A stretch of 58,146 nucleotides of DNA from Negaprion brevirostris. Lineage: Eukaryota. The position numbers and the translations under genes were made by a program. Below the pieces are notes generated by a model. The model saw nothing but the letters and a program-made list of their open reading frames with translations, was not told the DNA's origin and did no database searches. Shown in pieces: positions 25,353 to 38,207 of this stretch. Numbering within the stretch: the stretch's first letter is position 1; each line of letters opens with the position of its first letter. The stretch is taken from NCBI GenBank assembly GCA_030324005.1, contig JARDVH010000140.1:28929513-28987658 (forward strand), read 5' to 3'.

Positions 25353-27467
25353 GAAAACAGTCCAGAGGATCCTGTTGGGGGTGCCAGGGTCACAATAGCT
25401 CCCCAGGGGGAGGTGGCATGTCAAGATACTGCTGGGGCAGGCCTCGGGGGAGCCCAATTGGGGAGAGGGGTGGGGCGTGNNNNNNNNNNNNNNNNNNNNN
25501 NNNNNNNNNNNNNNNNNNNNNNNNNNNNNNNNNNNNNNNNNNNNNNNNNNNNNNNNNNNNNNNNNNNNNNNNNNNNNNNCTAATGATACTGCTGCAGTGG
25601 TTGTATAGGGGAGGGCGGGGGGGTGTGTGGGGTGAGGAGAACCCCTGATAATTGTACGGTGACGGGAGGGAGGGGAGCCAGATGATTGTGTAGTGAAGGT
25701 TGAGGGGAGGAGGGGAGTTGCTGGGATAAGGGGGAGGTTTAGCCTCAGTGCTGATTGGGGCACAGTTTAAAGGTGTCCCAATCACTGTGGAGCTGGCATT
25801 GCCTACTCTACCGGGTCCTGACTCCAGATTCTTTTTGTCAGAGTGACTCAAGACCTGGTGTGTAACCCTCGCTGTGTATCTGAGAGACGTGTGCCCGTTT
25901 TCAGCCAGACTCTGAGTGGCATAATGATAGCCCTTGGGGAAGTGTCAACAAGTGGCTATTGTAACTGCCAGACCAGACTTTTTTGAACTCTCACTGACAC
26001 AGGCAGCCTGCTTTTTTTAGGGCTGGGAAATTAAATAATTTCGCAGCTTCTACAGATCCCATCTCCCCTTGATGATGAGTATTTATGTCCACTTTAAAGT
26101 TGTGATCCCCACATTACAGGTTAAGGCACTCGCTGTAATGGAAATGTGATCTACTTGAAGTCTGTGCCAAATTCAGATGGTTCTGCTGGATCTGGTTTTC
26201 CCTCAAACCCTGACACCTTTCCCCAATTAGTGAAAATGGGATCTGCTTGAAAGGGGGACGGGACGTCCAAATCCGGGTCCAGTCCACTATTTTCAAATGT
26301 TTCCAGATTCTTCACGACTCTGTAAAAATCCAGCCCCACATGGCCAAATTATGTAGGTTAAAATTATATGGGTGTAAAGAGGGGAAATGTTAGGTTTTTT
26401 TAAAGGTGGAGTTCACATGGAGATAGTTCTCGTAATGTTTAACATGAATATTCTCTTCAGATGCACTTTGGAAGTTTAGTATTTAAAAAAAAAGTGAACT
26501 TCTGCGAAATATGAATTCACTACATAAATAATATAAATTTCCGCACTGATATTAATTGCGGAATGTGGGGGATGTTGGTCATTTCCACTGAGTTAAGGAT
26601 AGTTTGTGGTTTAGATAAGGTTTGGGGGAGGGGAGGGATAACTTGAGGATTCTAAACCTTTGGGTTTTTCAGATTGTGAAGACTATTGATCATCTCATTA
26701 AAATGTGCTCTAAGAAAGATAGTAAAGAAATGCGGCGTTCTAACATATTGAGTTGGTTAGGAGGCTAACAGTACGTTGGTGAAATAATTGGCGTGATTGC
26801 AAGCATTTAAAAGCTGAAAAACCTCTCCCTCAAGTGGCCCGATTAGGTACTTAATGAGAATGTTTTCTTTGTAAGGCTTTGTTCTCTCTCGTGTTGCTGC
26901 CTATTTGCAAAATGGACATCTTGTTCTGCGGAGGCCCCGGGGAATTGGGCAGAAAAAAATAGCAGCATTCACAAAGCAAATGTAATGGAAAGAAATATAA
27001 TACAGTGGAATACTGTTATATTCAGTTCAGGCCTTGGGCTTTATGAAGAAATCTTGGATGAGCTTTTTTATATGCATAAAAAAAATTGAGATGGGTGACA
27101 GCATGTGATTTTTCTGTCATTGTGACAGATGACCATTCCTGGGGGTCATGTTTGACTCTTGGAGGTCGTCTGGCTGCAGTTTTAGAAAGGCTCCTCCTGA
27201 CCTGAATGTTTAACCCTTGTTAGCATATTTCTCGCCAAATCCCCACCCAAAATGGCCCAAGAGGTTGCCTGGGAATTTCGAGTTACAATTCAGGCCACTG
27301 CTGGGCATCTATAAAAGAAGGTTCTTGGCAGAAGATCAGCAGATCAGAGAAAAAATTGCAGTTGTTGGAGGTGAGAATTCATGGGACTGAGCTAGGCCAA
27401 GGCTTCCTTCTGTGGACTGAAGGTTCATCAGGAAACCCATGAAGGAATTGATAAATGACATGGCAAT

Positions 27468-27812
27468 GGGCGGCACAGTAGCACACTGGTTAGCACTGCT
27501 GTTTCACAGCTCCAGGGACCCGGGTTCGATCCCCGACTTGGCTCACTGTCTATGTGGAGTTTGCACATTCTCCCTGTGCCTATGTGGGTTTCCTCCGGGT
27601 GCTTCGCTTTCCTCCCACAGTCTGAAGATGTGCAGGTTAGGTTGATTAGCCATGATAAAATTGCCCTTAGTGCCCTGAGGTGCATAGGTTAGAGGGATTA
27701 GTGGGTAAATATGTAGGAATATGGGAGTAGGGCCTGGGTGGGATTGTGGTCGGTGCAGACTCGATGGGTCGAATGGCCTGTTTCTGTACCGTAGGGATTC
27801 TGTGATTCTATG
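27468..27812 (+). mobile_element. HE1/V-SINE, full length and young-looking, tail type A
   Basis: gggcggcacagtagcacactggttagc, B-box ggttcgatcccc, V-domain and tail gtagggattctgtgattcta. Confidence 0.93.
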
Positions 27813-28214
27813 ACGTTGTCTTGGGCAACTTCTGGGTAGCTGGAACTGCGGGAAAACCCTCACTGTACCTTATTTTAAGATTTCAGGTAAAACAGAAAAG
27901 TCAGTCCCCAAAACAGAATCAAAATCCTAGTTGCTTATTTAAAGATGCACTCTCATTAGCTTTGAACAATTGTCCTTAATTTTAGAAAAATTTGGGTGAA
28001 AACAGACTGGGTCAGTCCCCTGCCTCATTTTATTGCACCCAGCCCCCTCTACTCAGTATCCAGTAGGTTTTGGTGGGGCTGGAGGGGCATTTGGGTGTGT
28101 GGGTCAGGGAGTTAAAATTGACCCCAACGTGTTTTTTTGTTGCAAATGTTGTGCTGAAAATAGTATGAGTTTTGAAAGGTAAAGCTATTTTTCATAGCGA
28201 GGAATATAATAGAC

Positions 28215-28400
28215 AATAGAGAAACATAGAAACGTAGGGAACGGAAGCAGGAGTTGGCCATTTGGCTCTTCAAGCCTGCTCCACCATTCATTCTGATCAT
28301 GGCTAATTATCAAATTCAATATCCTGATCCCACCTTTGCTCCCTATTCCTTCATCCCTTCAGCCCCAAGAGCTGTATCTAATTTCTTCTCAAGATCACAC
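28215..28400 (-). mobile_element. CR1 3' tail
   Basis: catagaaacgtagggaacggaagcaggagttggccatt...; same tail at 21127, 42760-42856 and, more distantly, 51234-51310. Confidence 0.75.
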
Positions 28401-29239
28401 AATGGTGAGTTATGGGATTGGAACACTGATGTCTGCATCAGATGTGGGTCCCGACCACACCCTGTTACCTGACGAGACTTTTGTAGGATTGGCCAACTAA
28501 TGGTCAGAGATTGCACATGCCATCCAATTAAGGCAGGCTGCTAATACTGGAGGACCAATCGGAGGTTCACCAGCTGAACTGCGGCTTGTCCAGGACAGAC
28601 AGAGAGAGAGAGGGTGCCTCAAGATGGAGGTGTCCTCTCTGCACTTTTAACCTTGTGGAAGTAAAAGTGGCCAATCTTTTTGCAATCCCTCCACAAGGTG
28701 GTAGGGTACGGCTGCGGGTATGACCATTTTCCATCAGCAGCAGTAGTTGTTTTCAGGCAATCTGGAACACTGGCACATGATCTGCCACCAGATGCCACCT
28801 CCTAACTTCTCCCATGTTTCAGTCATTGCAGTTAGCTCAAAAGACTGCCTTGAGGGTAACTGTTCCAGAACTTGACAATGCAACCTTGAAATTAGCTGGG
28901 AAGTCCGCACTGTAGCACTGAATGGCACTCTGACCAGCAGGGGGAAATTCCAGGCCTGCCTGCCTCCATTTCACCCTCAGCTCACCACCTAAAGCCCTGC
29001 CCTAGCAAATCATTTGATGAGATGATATTGTTGTGCGAACAGTCCTCCAATTCATTGCTGCCCATCTGTTCTCTCGTGATAATCCCCAAAAAGGTTCTGA
29101 CGTGAATTATAGCCAGAACTCTCCAATGTCCTTTGCCCTGCTGGCGAGAGTGGAGAATTTGGTGCCCAACCAAGTCTCCATTCACAGCAGCAGGACCGGA
29201 GAATCCTAGCCTTAGATGGGGTCAGAGAATCCAGGCTGA

Positions 29240-29640
29240 CATTTTACAGCACACGCACCAAAGGGCCTCACAGCCAATAAAGTACTTTTAGGGTGTCACT
29301 ATTGTAATGTAGGAAATACCAGAGGCAATTTGTGCACAGCATGCTCCCACAATCTACAAGTTAATAGCGATCAGATAATTTTTTTTTCTGATGTCGGCTG
29401 TAGGATGAACATTGCACCAGGGAAAAATTCCCCTATTCTATGAATTAGTGTGACACAATCTTTACATTCACCCAAGAGACTTGACCAGTCCTCATCCAAA
29501 TCTCTCATCCAAAGAATGTCACTTTTAATAGTACAGCACACCCTCAAATCTGTTCACTTAGATTTTTGTGCTCAAATCTCTGTGACCTGAACCTGCAGCC
29601 TTGTGACCCAAGTGAATGAGCCACCAAATGAGCCACATTG
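29240..29640 (-). mobile_element. DeuSINE/SacSINE1-like SINE
   Basis: cacagccaataaagtacttt...gtcactattgtaatgtaggaaa...gcaatttgtgcacagc is the reverse complement of the family tail. Confidence 0.6.
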
Positions 29641-29724
29641 ACACCTCCAATTGTCCAAATTGGAAGTTCAATCTTGCCGAGGTGAGTACTGGTGAAATAT
29701 TTATACTCTCACATGGCGGCAGTT

Positions 29725-30468
29725 AGAAGTGATGACCTCTAGCAACTCTGACCTCTGAGTCTGACAGTCATGTTATCAGACCCCACTTCAGAAACTGTAG
29801 CATTTAATCTAGACAAGCAGTACTGTGCAGAGAGGTGGCGGCACCTTGGAGGTGCGATCTGTGGGATGCCTGTTAAATTGAGACCCCATCTTCCTTTTCG
29901 AGTGTACGTAAAGGTCTCATGATACTCCCCGAAAAAGTCCAGGGGCGTACTCCTGGTGTCCCGGAAAACATTTTCTTTTAGCCAACACCATGAAAACAGA
30001 TGAACTGATCATTTATCTAACAGTGGGTGGCACGGTGGCACAGTGCTTAGCATTGCTGCCTCACAGTGCCAGGGATCCGTGTTCGATTCCCAGCTTGGGT
30101 CAATATCTGTGTGGAGTCTGCACAGTCTCCCAGTGTCTGTGTGGGTTTCCTCCTGGTGCTCTGGTTTCCTCCCACAGTCCGAAAGATGTGCTGGTTTAGG
30201 CGCATTGGCCATGCTAAATTCTCCCTCAGTGTACCCAAACAGGCGCTAGAGTGTGGCAACTAGGGGATTTCCACAGTAACTTCATTGCGGTGTTAACGTA
30301 AGCCTACTTGTGACATTAATAAACTTTAGATTCGGGTTCCTGCTGGTTTTATTTGCTTGTATTACAGCTGTGACTACACTTCAAAAGCACTCTGGCTGTG
30401 AAGCATCTTTTTTGGGAAGTGCTGAGGATGAGGATGTGTAGTGCTTAGGCACTACGTAAATGCAAGCT
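29725..30468 (+). mobile_element. DeuSINE/SacSINE1-like SINE split by an HE1 insertion
   Basis: Body before 30024; tail tattacagctgtgactacacttcaaaag...gtaaatgcaag after 30328. Confidence 0.6.
30024..30328 (+). mobile_element. HE1/V-SINE, full length, tail type B
   Basis: Head ggtggcacggtggcacagtgcttagc; tail gcctacttgtgacattaataaacttt. Confidence 0.92.
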
Positions 30469-32465
30469 CAATTGCCTTTCCCATCCATACATCGCAGCAC
30501 GCGCTGTGGTCCCGACTGTTATNNNNNNNNNNNNNNAGTCAGCACCGGAATGATACAAGGCATTTAAAACTGAACACCTGCATGCCAAATAAAAAGGGTT
30601 TTGTTCCCTGAACTCTTGAGCCGACAGCAGTTCCCAGTGGAATACATTGCTGAGGGCACAAAAGGTTATGTTGTTAGCATAACTGCATGTGCCTGACACA
30701 GAGCTGTTTTCTCTGTCTGTTGACACACCACATGATTTTTATTGAGTGTCACGGCGGCAGATGTTTTTGTACGCTGCGACCAATGTCTTCGTGCTTCAGT
30801 GATCTTCCAGGAAAAAAATGTCAGCTGATTTTGGGGGTTTGTTGAATGTGGACAGGAAATGGGAATAAATAGACTGATGGAGTGGTTTCTCTTCGCTCTG
30901 GGTACCTGCGACTAAATCCGACCCAAGGGAACTTTGGGTTAAACCGTCTCACATTCCTGTTGGCTGTATGGAGCTCGAAGAGCAATGTGCTTAGGCCAGT
31001 CGCAGTTCCATTCCCACTGCGGAGTGTTTCCAGGACACCAGGATCACACTTTAATTCGTCGTAAACGGCCAGACAGCGAGTAATGACGCGCTTTGCGAAA
31101 CGGAAATAACAGTGGAGATCAGTGACTTTTACTGATTAAAGTTCAGGGATGGGGGTTGATTGTTTTGGCTGGAGGAATTGCAGGCTGCAGTCTATCGGGG
31201 CCACTGGGGAAAAGGAGGTAGAGAATCCTGTCAGGGGAGGGGGGGTGGAGAGTTCCCTGAACAGCCCAACANNNNNNNNNNNNNNNNNNNNNNNNNNNNN
31301 NNNNNNNNNNNNNNNNNNNNNNNNNNNNNNNNNNNNNNNNNNNNNNNNNNNNNNNNNNNNNNNNNNNNNNNAATCCTTTCAGGGGTGGGGGGGGGGAGAG
31401 TTCCCTGAACAGCCCAACAGAGTCATTTGGCAGAATGCTTCGTTGCCAGAATTCCCAAACAGGCATCCAGAATGTAGTGTGGAATTTTACAGCCACATCG
31501 CATAGGGGGAACATGGGGAAACATGTGGCAAAGGTTCATCGGCTTCGGAAGGACCGGGAAATGCTGCCGTTGGGATCGGCCGTAAAAACCAGCTTGGCTG
31601 GTGGTGAGAAGGCCCCTCCCAGACAGATCCTTCATTCTCACCTGGAGTCTCAGAGCCACAGCTGAATAATTGAATTAAGTATGTTTTGGGGCAAAAAGAA
31701 AGGTCTAGGTTGCCGATGACCTCGGTGCTTCATTCCCACCTTTGAGCTGTCACTAGCTTGGTGCAATGTGTGCTTCAACCACACAAACCCAGGAAGACTC
31801 CAGATTCAAGCTTTGATTTGTGACAGTCTGTGCTGAGCTGGTCCATTTGGCCAGAGTTCTCACTCCTGATTGTCCTTGCTTGACGTTCCTAAGCGCAGAT
31901 GTTGGTGGAGGTCAGGGAGAGGACATTGTAGCGATGTCCCTGATAGTTTGTCATCAGCCACAACTGAATAATGGCCAGTTTGGTTGAGGGCGATTGGTGT
32001 CCATCAAAGTAGGCCGAACGAAAAGTAAACATCTTCAGAAAAGCTGAGTGGGGGAAAAACACAAAAGTCTGAGACAAAGAGAAGTGTAATATATTTTAAA
32101 TTTAATCAACAAATTACAAACTCTTGTCACTTTCCATTGCAGTACTTCCTGTTAAAACACTGAGTTTGCTCGTTTTGTGAATTCCTCATTGTGTTTTATT
32201 TGTCTTTTAGACTTTTTTTCTATAAAATCAAATAGACACCAGCAGGCATTTACTGATAATTCTACACCAGGAGATCAAATGTATGGTACTGGTGGTTCAT
32301 TTATATGTCTGGACAACAGTTTGTCACTCGAAAGATTGTTACGAAAATACAGAACCAGATATGTTCACACTTATTTAGTCGTGGTTGTAGTATAATTGGT
32401 AGACAAAGCGTGTTAACACAGAAGTGGTGAACCATTTGATTCACGGAATGTTTTTCTTATTGTAG

Positions 32466-32675
32466 AAGGACATCGCGCTCAAACCCCACGAACGCCTGGA
32501 GAAACTTCAGAATCCTCTCGCAAAGAAAAAACGCAACGAGCTGCAAAATGGCCTGAGTTTCCATGCCAACAAGAATAGACACAGCTACCGCAATGGAGCT
32601 TCTGACAGAGAAAATGACCCCAGCTTGAGTCATGGCCATGGGAAGCAGAAGCGTTTCCAGAAGAGGCACAGACAG
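32466..32675 (+). CDS. Candidate 210-nt symmetric (phase 0/0) exon encoding 70 basic residues; product unknown
   Basis: tttttcttattgtAG acceptor and strong CAG|GTAAGA donor. Only frame 0 is open: KDIALKPHERLEKLQNPLAKKKRNELQNGLSFHANKNRHSYRNGASDRENDPSLSHGHGKQKRFQKRHRQ. CpG-rich relative to flanks and not a recognisable repeat. Confidence 0.5.
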
Positions 32676-33589
32676 GTAAGATTGTACCTTCTTCACATGG
32701 GACAGAACTGTCAGCCAAGAATATTGTAGGACATCCTTAGCTGGAACTTTAATGGAATTAATTTTTGTTCCCCTCTGATTTAATCAATAAATTGCTCCAC
32801 AATTTTCCCAAATATAGGGTGGCCAGCTCATTTTTGCTTTTTTTTTCAATGGATGCTGGAGGCACAGAGTGTTTTGAAATCAGTCTGCTGCCCCTAAAGG
32901 ATTCAGTCATACTCCACCCCGCACAGTTTGTAGTCTTCTCCCCGGAGGCCGTCAAAGATTCAAAGCAAAATGATTCTGAGCAATCCCTTATTCAGTGCAA
33001 ATGAGGGTGAACCATTGACCCAAAGCCGTCAGTGATTCAGAAACCTCAGTCTGAAGTTGTACAGATGATATGCGTGGGAGATGGAGATGTCATTTTGGTT
33101 TCAGTGCTGTGGCAAATAGAACCGGAGCTGCAACCAAGTTAATATCAGTTTTGACCTGACTAACGTGTTTACAAAGAGATTTTCTTATAAGCAGCACACT
33201 TTCACAGCAGTTAGCTGAGCTATTGACTGCACTGCATTCACGAGGCTGCTACAGCTTTGACTTCAAGGTCAGCTTCATTGATTGAATTCACTGACGATGA
33301 GATACTTCAGCAGCTTCCTGTGTGGCTGCTGGAAATATCAGTTGGAGTTGTCAGAGTCGCAATGGTCACGGTTTCTCCACCTCAGCACTTTGTTTAAAGT
33401 TCCACGGAGTGTAGTAGGATAACCTCGGATGAAGTTGGAAGAATCCGACTTTGTCCGAACTCTGGAGAAAATCCCATGAGATTCGATAACCACCTCACTA
33501 ATCACGGACAATTGATGACCAACGATGTTGGGCTCTGTGACCAACCAACTTGAACTGAGTGAAGAATCAGTAAGCATAGCGACTTTAAT

Positions 33590-33882
33590 TTAATGTTTAG
33601 TTATTGGTCACAAGTAGGCTGACATTAACACTGCAATGAAGTTACTGTGAAAATCCTCTAGTTGCCACACTCCGGCACCAGTTCAGGTACACTGAGAGAG
33701 AATTTAGCTTGGCCGTTGCACCTAACCAGCACATCTTTTGGACTGTGGGAGGAAGCCAGAGCATCCGGAGGAAACCCTTGCAGTCATGGGGAGAATGTGC
33801 AGATTCCACACAGTCACCCAAGCTGGGAATCGAACCTGTGTCCCTGGCTCTGTGAGGCAGCAGTGCTAACCACTGTGCCGCT
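33590..33882 (-). mobile_element. HE1/V-SINE, tail type B
   Basis: Reverse-complement homolog of 30024-30328. Confidence 0.9.
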
Positions 33883-36096
33883 ACTTGGGGAAAATATTGG
33901 AGAAAATTTGTTCAGAGAGCAAAGCACATTTGTCTGCCTAGGATTGGAATAAAATCAAGTAGTTTTCACAAAAAGAAAACTTTGTGTAATGTTGTGGAGA
34001 TTTGATAATTAATCAACTGTTCATGGTGAAAGTGGTTCTGTCTTAATTCTATTTCTTAGAATTCCCTTCCCCTTTATGTGTTCTGATAGTGCGGTTAGGA
34101 TGTGGCTTAACTCTCGAGTGGTTTGTAAGTGCTGAATGTAGAGTTCCAGAATGATATCAGGATTCAGTGTTGATATGTTCATTACTTCCATGGTAGATTA
34201 ATGCTAATACTTTCAGAATGTCAATTGATATTTCTAGTCAAAGCCATAGCTTATTGTCATTCAGTTCTGGCACTTCACCTGCAGAATTATTTAGTCAATG
34301 GCTTATAACTGAGCGGTGAACAAACGGTGCCAGTAGTGGCATCTTGAAGGTAATGGGTTTACAGAAATAGATACTTGTTAATTTGAACTGCATTCGATAA
34401 AGATGAAAGACTGAATTAATAGAGCTCAAGTTATCTGTTTGAACTATGCAGGAAACAGGTCAGAGACAAGATGGAAGTGTGGAATGAGATGAGAGTATTG
34501 TGAATAAATGAGTTAACAAACGTTTAAATAGGCTGAAAACTCAAATAACAGTGCACGGCAAAGTGCGGACATAGCTCAAAATCGATCCTTGGAGGAGAGG
34601 GAATTGGGCCCGTCCCTGGAGTAGGCTCAAAGTGGAAGTATACGTGTTTTGTTATCATTTGCTGATTTCCACCTTGAAGAAAGGCCACACATTTTGTTTC
34701 CTCGTTTCCTTGCTGTAAGGATGACTCCTGCCTACTGTAGCAACATAACGTTCCACCTGCTTCCAGTTAACTAAAGCAATTAAATTGTATTTCTTAAGCC
34801 CTTGCAAGATTCCTTGGAATTTAAATAATAGGTTNNNNNNNNNNNNNNNNNNNNNNNNNNNNNNNNNNNNNNNNNNNNNNNNNNNNNNNNNNNNNNNNNN
34901 NNNNNNNNNNNNNNNNNNNNNNNNNNNNNNNNNNAATAGGTTCCATACAATAAGTAAGAGGTGCTTGGAACCTAAATAGAATTTTTTTTTAGATGAGAGA
35001 ATAATTCAATCCAATCAAATTAGTTTTCTGAACTTGTCAGTTAAAGACCATGGGGGCAGGATTTTCCAAACCTCCCCCACTGGAGCCAGTTTTCTGGCTA
35101 CTCTCCGTTGGCCCCTGGCAGAATCTTCTGGTCTCACCAATGTCTACAGCTTTTTTGCATGGGGCTCGCCCATTCTTGCACCAAGGAACCCACATGACCC
35201 AAAGATCCTGCCAGCGGGAAGGGTCTGAAGGATACATAAGTTACCAATTCCGATAGTTTCCCCAAGAAAAGTCACCCTTTTCCCATTGGTAGGGATGGAT
35301 GGTTATACTTCATAATTTAGTGTGATTAGACACAGTGATTTTAGGGTAGGTCTTTCGGACTTATTCCCCTGAAAACCTATAAATGCTTTGTGAGGGATTT
35401 TCTGAGGTTCACGGTCTCGTTATTATTAGCTTTCCCTGATCTGAGATCAATACTGGGTATCTCCAATATCTCCAATATCTTATTCGATTGGATTTTATTG
35501 TGAAAGTGAAGTTAACAGCACTTGAGTTATTTAAAATGCAAATCATGTGTACATTGTTAAAAGCAAAAACTTGGACGTTGCCTTCCAAAATGCAAGTTCT
35601 TCCATGAGCTAAAACAACATCTCACCATCTGCTCCACTATTTAAGTGTTTTGAATCATATGAAGTTGCTGGATGACTCCATAGTTAGAGTTATTTACCGT
35701 AATAAGTTAGGTCTTGTCCATTCTACTCACTTAATGGCAAGTCTTACTCACTGCCAAACAACCTCTCTGGTGCTGGAAATTAACTTTTATGAGGACTTTT
35801 ATGAGGTGTGAGGACTCATTTCTTCAGCTTTTAATGATTGAAGATTGATTTTTTAAAAATTTTCTGTCTCTTATCTCTCTTTCACTCTGTGTTCTGCTTT
35901 TTCCTCCAGATTTGACATTACTTTCATTATTATAACGTGTACTCCTGGTTCTACCCTGGTCATTAGCGACCATTACATATGATTGGTTAAGGGGATGCAC
36001 AGTTGCGTGCCCTTTTCATGCAGGCCCCTAATGACATGTGAAGGGTGCTATGCCTCTTGGATGTTTGGCTAATAGTTACTTGTTGTTCAAAAGTCC

Positions 36097-36390
36097 ACAG
36101 TGGCACAGTGGTTAGCACTGCTGCCACACAGCACCTGGCACCTGGGTTTGATTCCTGGCTTGGGTCACTGTCTGTGCGGAGTCTGCATGTTCTCCCGGAG
36201 TCTCCTTGGGTTTCCTCCAGGAACTCCAGTTTTCTCCCGCAGTCTGAAAGATGTGCTGGGGTTAGGTGCATTGGCTGTGCTAAATTTTCCCTCAGTTACC
36301 CGAGTAGGCACCAGAGTGTGGTGACTAGGGGATTTTCACAGTTACTTCATTGCACTGTTAATTAAGCTTACTTGTGATACCAATAAATAA
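36097..36390 (+). mobile_element. HE1/V-SINE, tail type B
   Basis: Head, V-domain and tail present. Confidence 0.9.
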
Positions 36391-36723
36391 AATTCAAGTA
36401 ATAACATTAGAATGTAAATGAGTAAGGATAATTTTAGTGAACAGCCATTTGTTAATGGAGCACAGCAAAATCCAGTGTAGTCGGGCCAATTTTACAATCA
36501 GTCCGAGCATTCTCATATATTGCAATGTGGTGTTTATTCCCTAGTGTGACAGAGCTATATTGACAATGTTACTGTCAACAGTACTTGCACGATGGTCCAA
36601 TTGAATGTCAAACCTCTCAGGAATTAAGATCTGGCATATGTTTACATCATTGGATAACAATTGTTTCCTTATTAACAAATTGTGCTTCCATTGATGGGAA
36701 TCAACTGTTTTCATTTCTGGGAG

Positions 36724-37042
36724 AAAGTCTGACAACACCAGGTTTTAGTCCAACCGATTTATTTGATAATAAACTCACAAGCTTTCGAGGTTTCCCTTTT
36801 CGTCAGGTGAATGGAGAGTTCTGGCCTCAGACAGAGCATATAAAGCACAGACAGTTTAGAGATTACTGATNNNNNNNNNNNNNNNNNNNNNNNNNNNNNN
36901 NNNNNNNNNNNNNNNNNNNNNNNNNNNNNNNNNNNNNNNNNNNNNNNNNNNNNNNNNNNNNNNNNNNNNNTGGACTAAAACCTGGTGTTGTCAGACTTTT
37001 TACTGTGTTTACCCCAGTCCAACGCCGGCATACCCACATCAT
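36724..37042. mobile_element. Penelope-like element with inverted arms; centre lies in an assembly gap
   Basis: Arms aaagtctgacaacaccagg... / ...cctggtgttgtcagacttt, with the tail in the opposite orientation to the 4704 copy. Perfect 13-bp direct repeat tcatttctgggag at 36711-36723 and 37039-37051. Confidence 0.8.
36773..36812 (-). ncRNA. Minimal type-I hammerhead ribozyme motif, best-preserved copy
   Basis: Minus strand AUUCAC-CUGACGA-AA-AGG(GAAA)CCU-C-GAAA-GCUU-GUGAGU: 6-bp stem I, GNRA-capped stem II, palindromic AGCU stem III. Confidence 0.75.
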
Positions 37043-37627
37043 TTCTGGGAGGACAGGGAAAAGAGGATGGTCCATGGCTCTGAATGTTTCTGGGATGCTG
37101 TGCTGTTCATGATTGAAAGTTCAGAGAGAAAAAAATAATTTCCATGGATGCTGTGGCAAAAGATCTTGTGTGTTCTTGAAAATGATAAAGGAAACACAGT
37201 TCTTTGAAGGTTAATCTCCAAGCAATTGGCTCCTTTCCCAGCTAAGATAAATACAATACAGGCCAATTATGGGCACCCTGCTAGTGACAATGTTTCATTT
37301 AAAAGGAACACTTAATCAGACACTGAGTAATTCCCCATGTATTCCTCGATTGCTGAATATGAACAATTACATCTAGAAAACATTTTGTTTACCTCCATGA
37401 TGTTGGAAGAAGATTGCTGTTGTTTGTTTAATGCAATGGATATTTCGTGTTGTGATTCGTGCCAGGACAATGTTGCCCAGTTTACTTAAGTTTGGTTTTT
37501 TTATGTTTGCTACGTTTTAGTTGAGAAAGTCTGTATTGAAAGCAGGGTGAGGCATCAGAATGATGATATGGGTGAGACCTGCTCTTGTTATTGCCATAGC
37601 TGTGATTGGACAACTTTAGGAAACATA

Positions 37628-37765
37628 GGCTAAATTGTCCCTTAGTGTCAGGGGGACTAGCTAGAGTAAATGCATGAGGTTATGGGGATAGGCATTGGGT
37701 GGGATTGTGGTCGATACAGATCCGATGGGCTGAAAGGCCTTCTTTTGCACTATAGGATTCTATGA
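37628..37765 (+). mobile_element. HE1 3' fragment, tail type A
   Basis: gctaaattgtcccttagtgtcagg...cactataggattctatga. Confidence 0.82.
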
Positions 37766-37920
37766 CGAGAATGTAGGGCTTAGGAACAGGAGTAAAATCA
37801 AAAGCGTTGACAAAAATGATTCGGTAACTGGAGTTACCTTGTGTTCAATTGAACAAAGGTAGGTTCCAGGAACGTCTAAAGAGAACTTAGACCACGATAA
37901 GGTTAGATATTTTTTAAGCT

Positions 37921-38207
37921 GTTTATTTATTAGTGTCATGAGTAGACTTACATTAACACTGCAATGAAGTTACTGTGAAAACCCCCTTTGTCATCACAAT
38001 CCAGTGCCTATTCGGGTACACTGAGGGAGAATTTAGCATGGCCAATGCACCTAACCAGCACATCTTTCAAACTGTGGGAGTGAACCAGAGGACCCACGCA
38101 GGCACGGGGAGAACGGCAGACTCCACACAAACAGTGACCCAATCTGGGAATCAAATTCAGGTCCCTGATGCTGTGAGGCAGCAATGCTTGCCACTCTGCC
38201 ACCGTGC
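37921..38207 (-). mobile_element. HE1/V-SINE, tail type B
   Basis: Reverse-complement homolog of 36097-36390. Confidence 0.9.

Noticed and set aside
26673-26768. Acceptor followed by IVKTIDHLIKMCSKKDSKEMRRSNILSWLGG-stop
   Set aside because: Short, weak pyrimidine tract and no homology recognised; expected by chance.
27468-27545. tRNA-like A/B boxes (also at 15857 and 17772)
   Set aside because: These are SINE heads that continue into SINE bodies, not tRNA genes.
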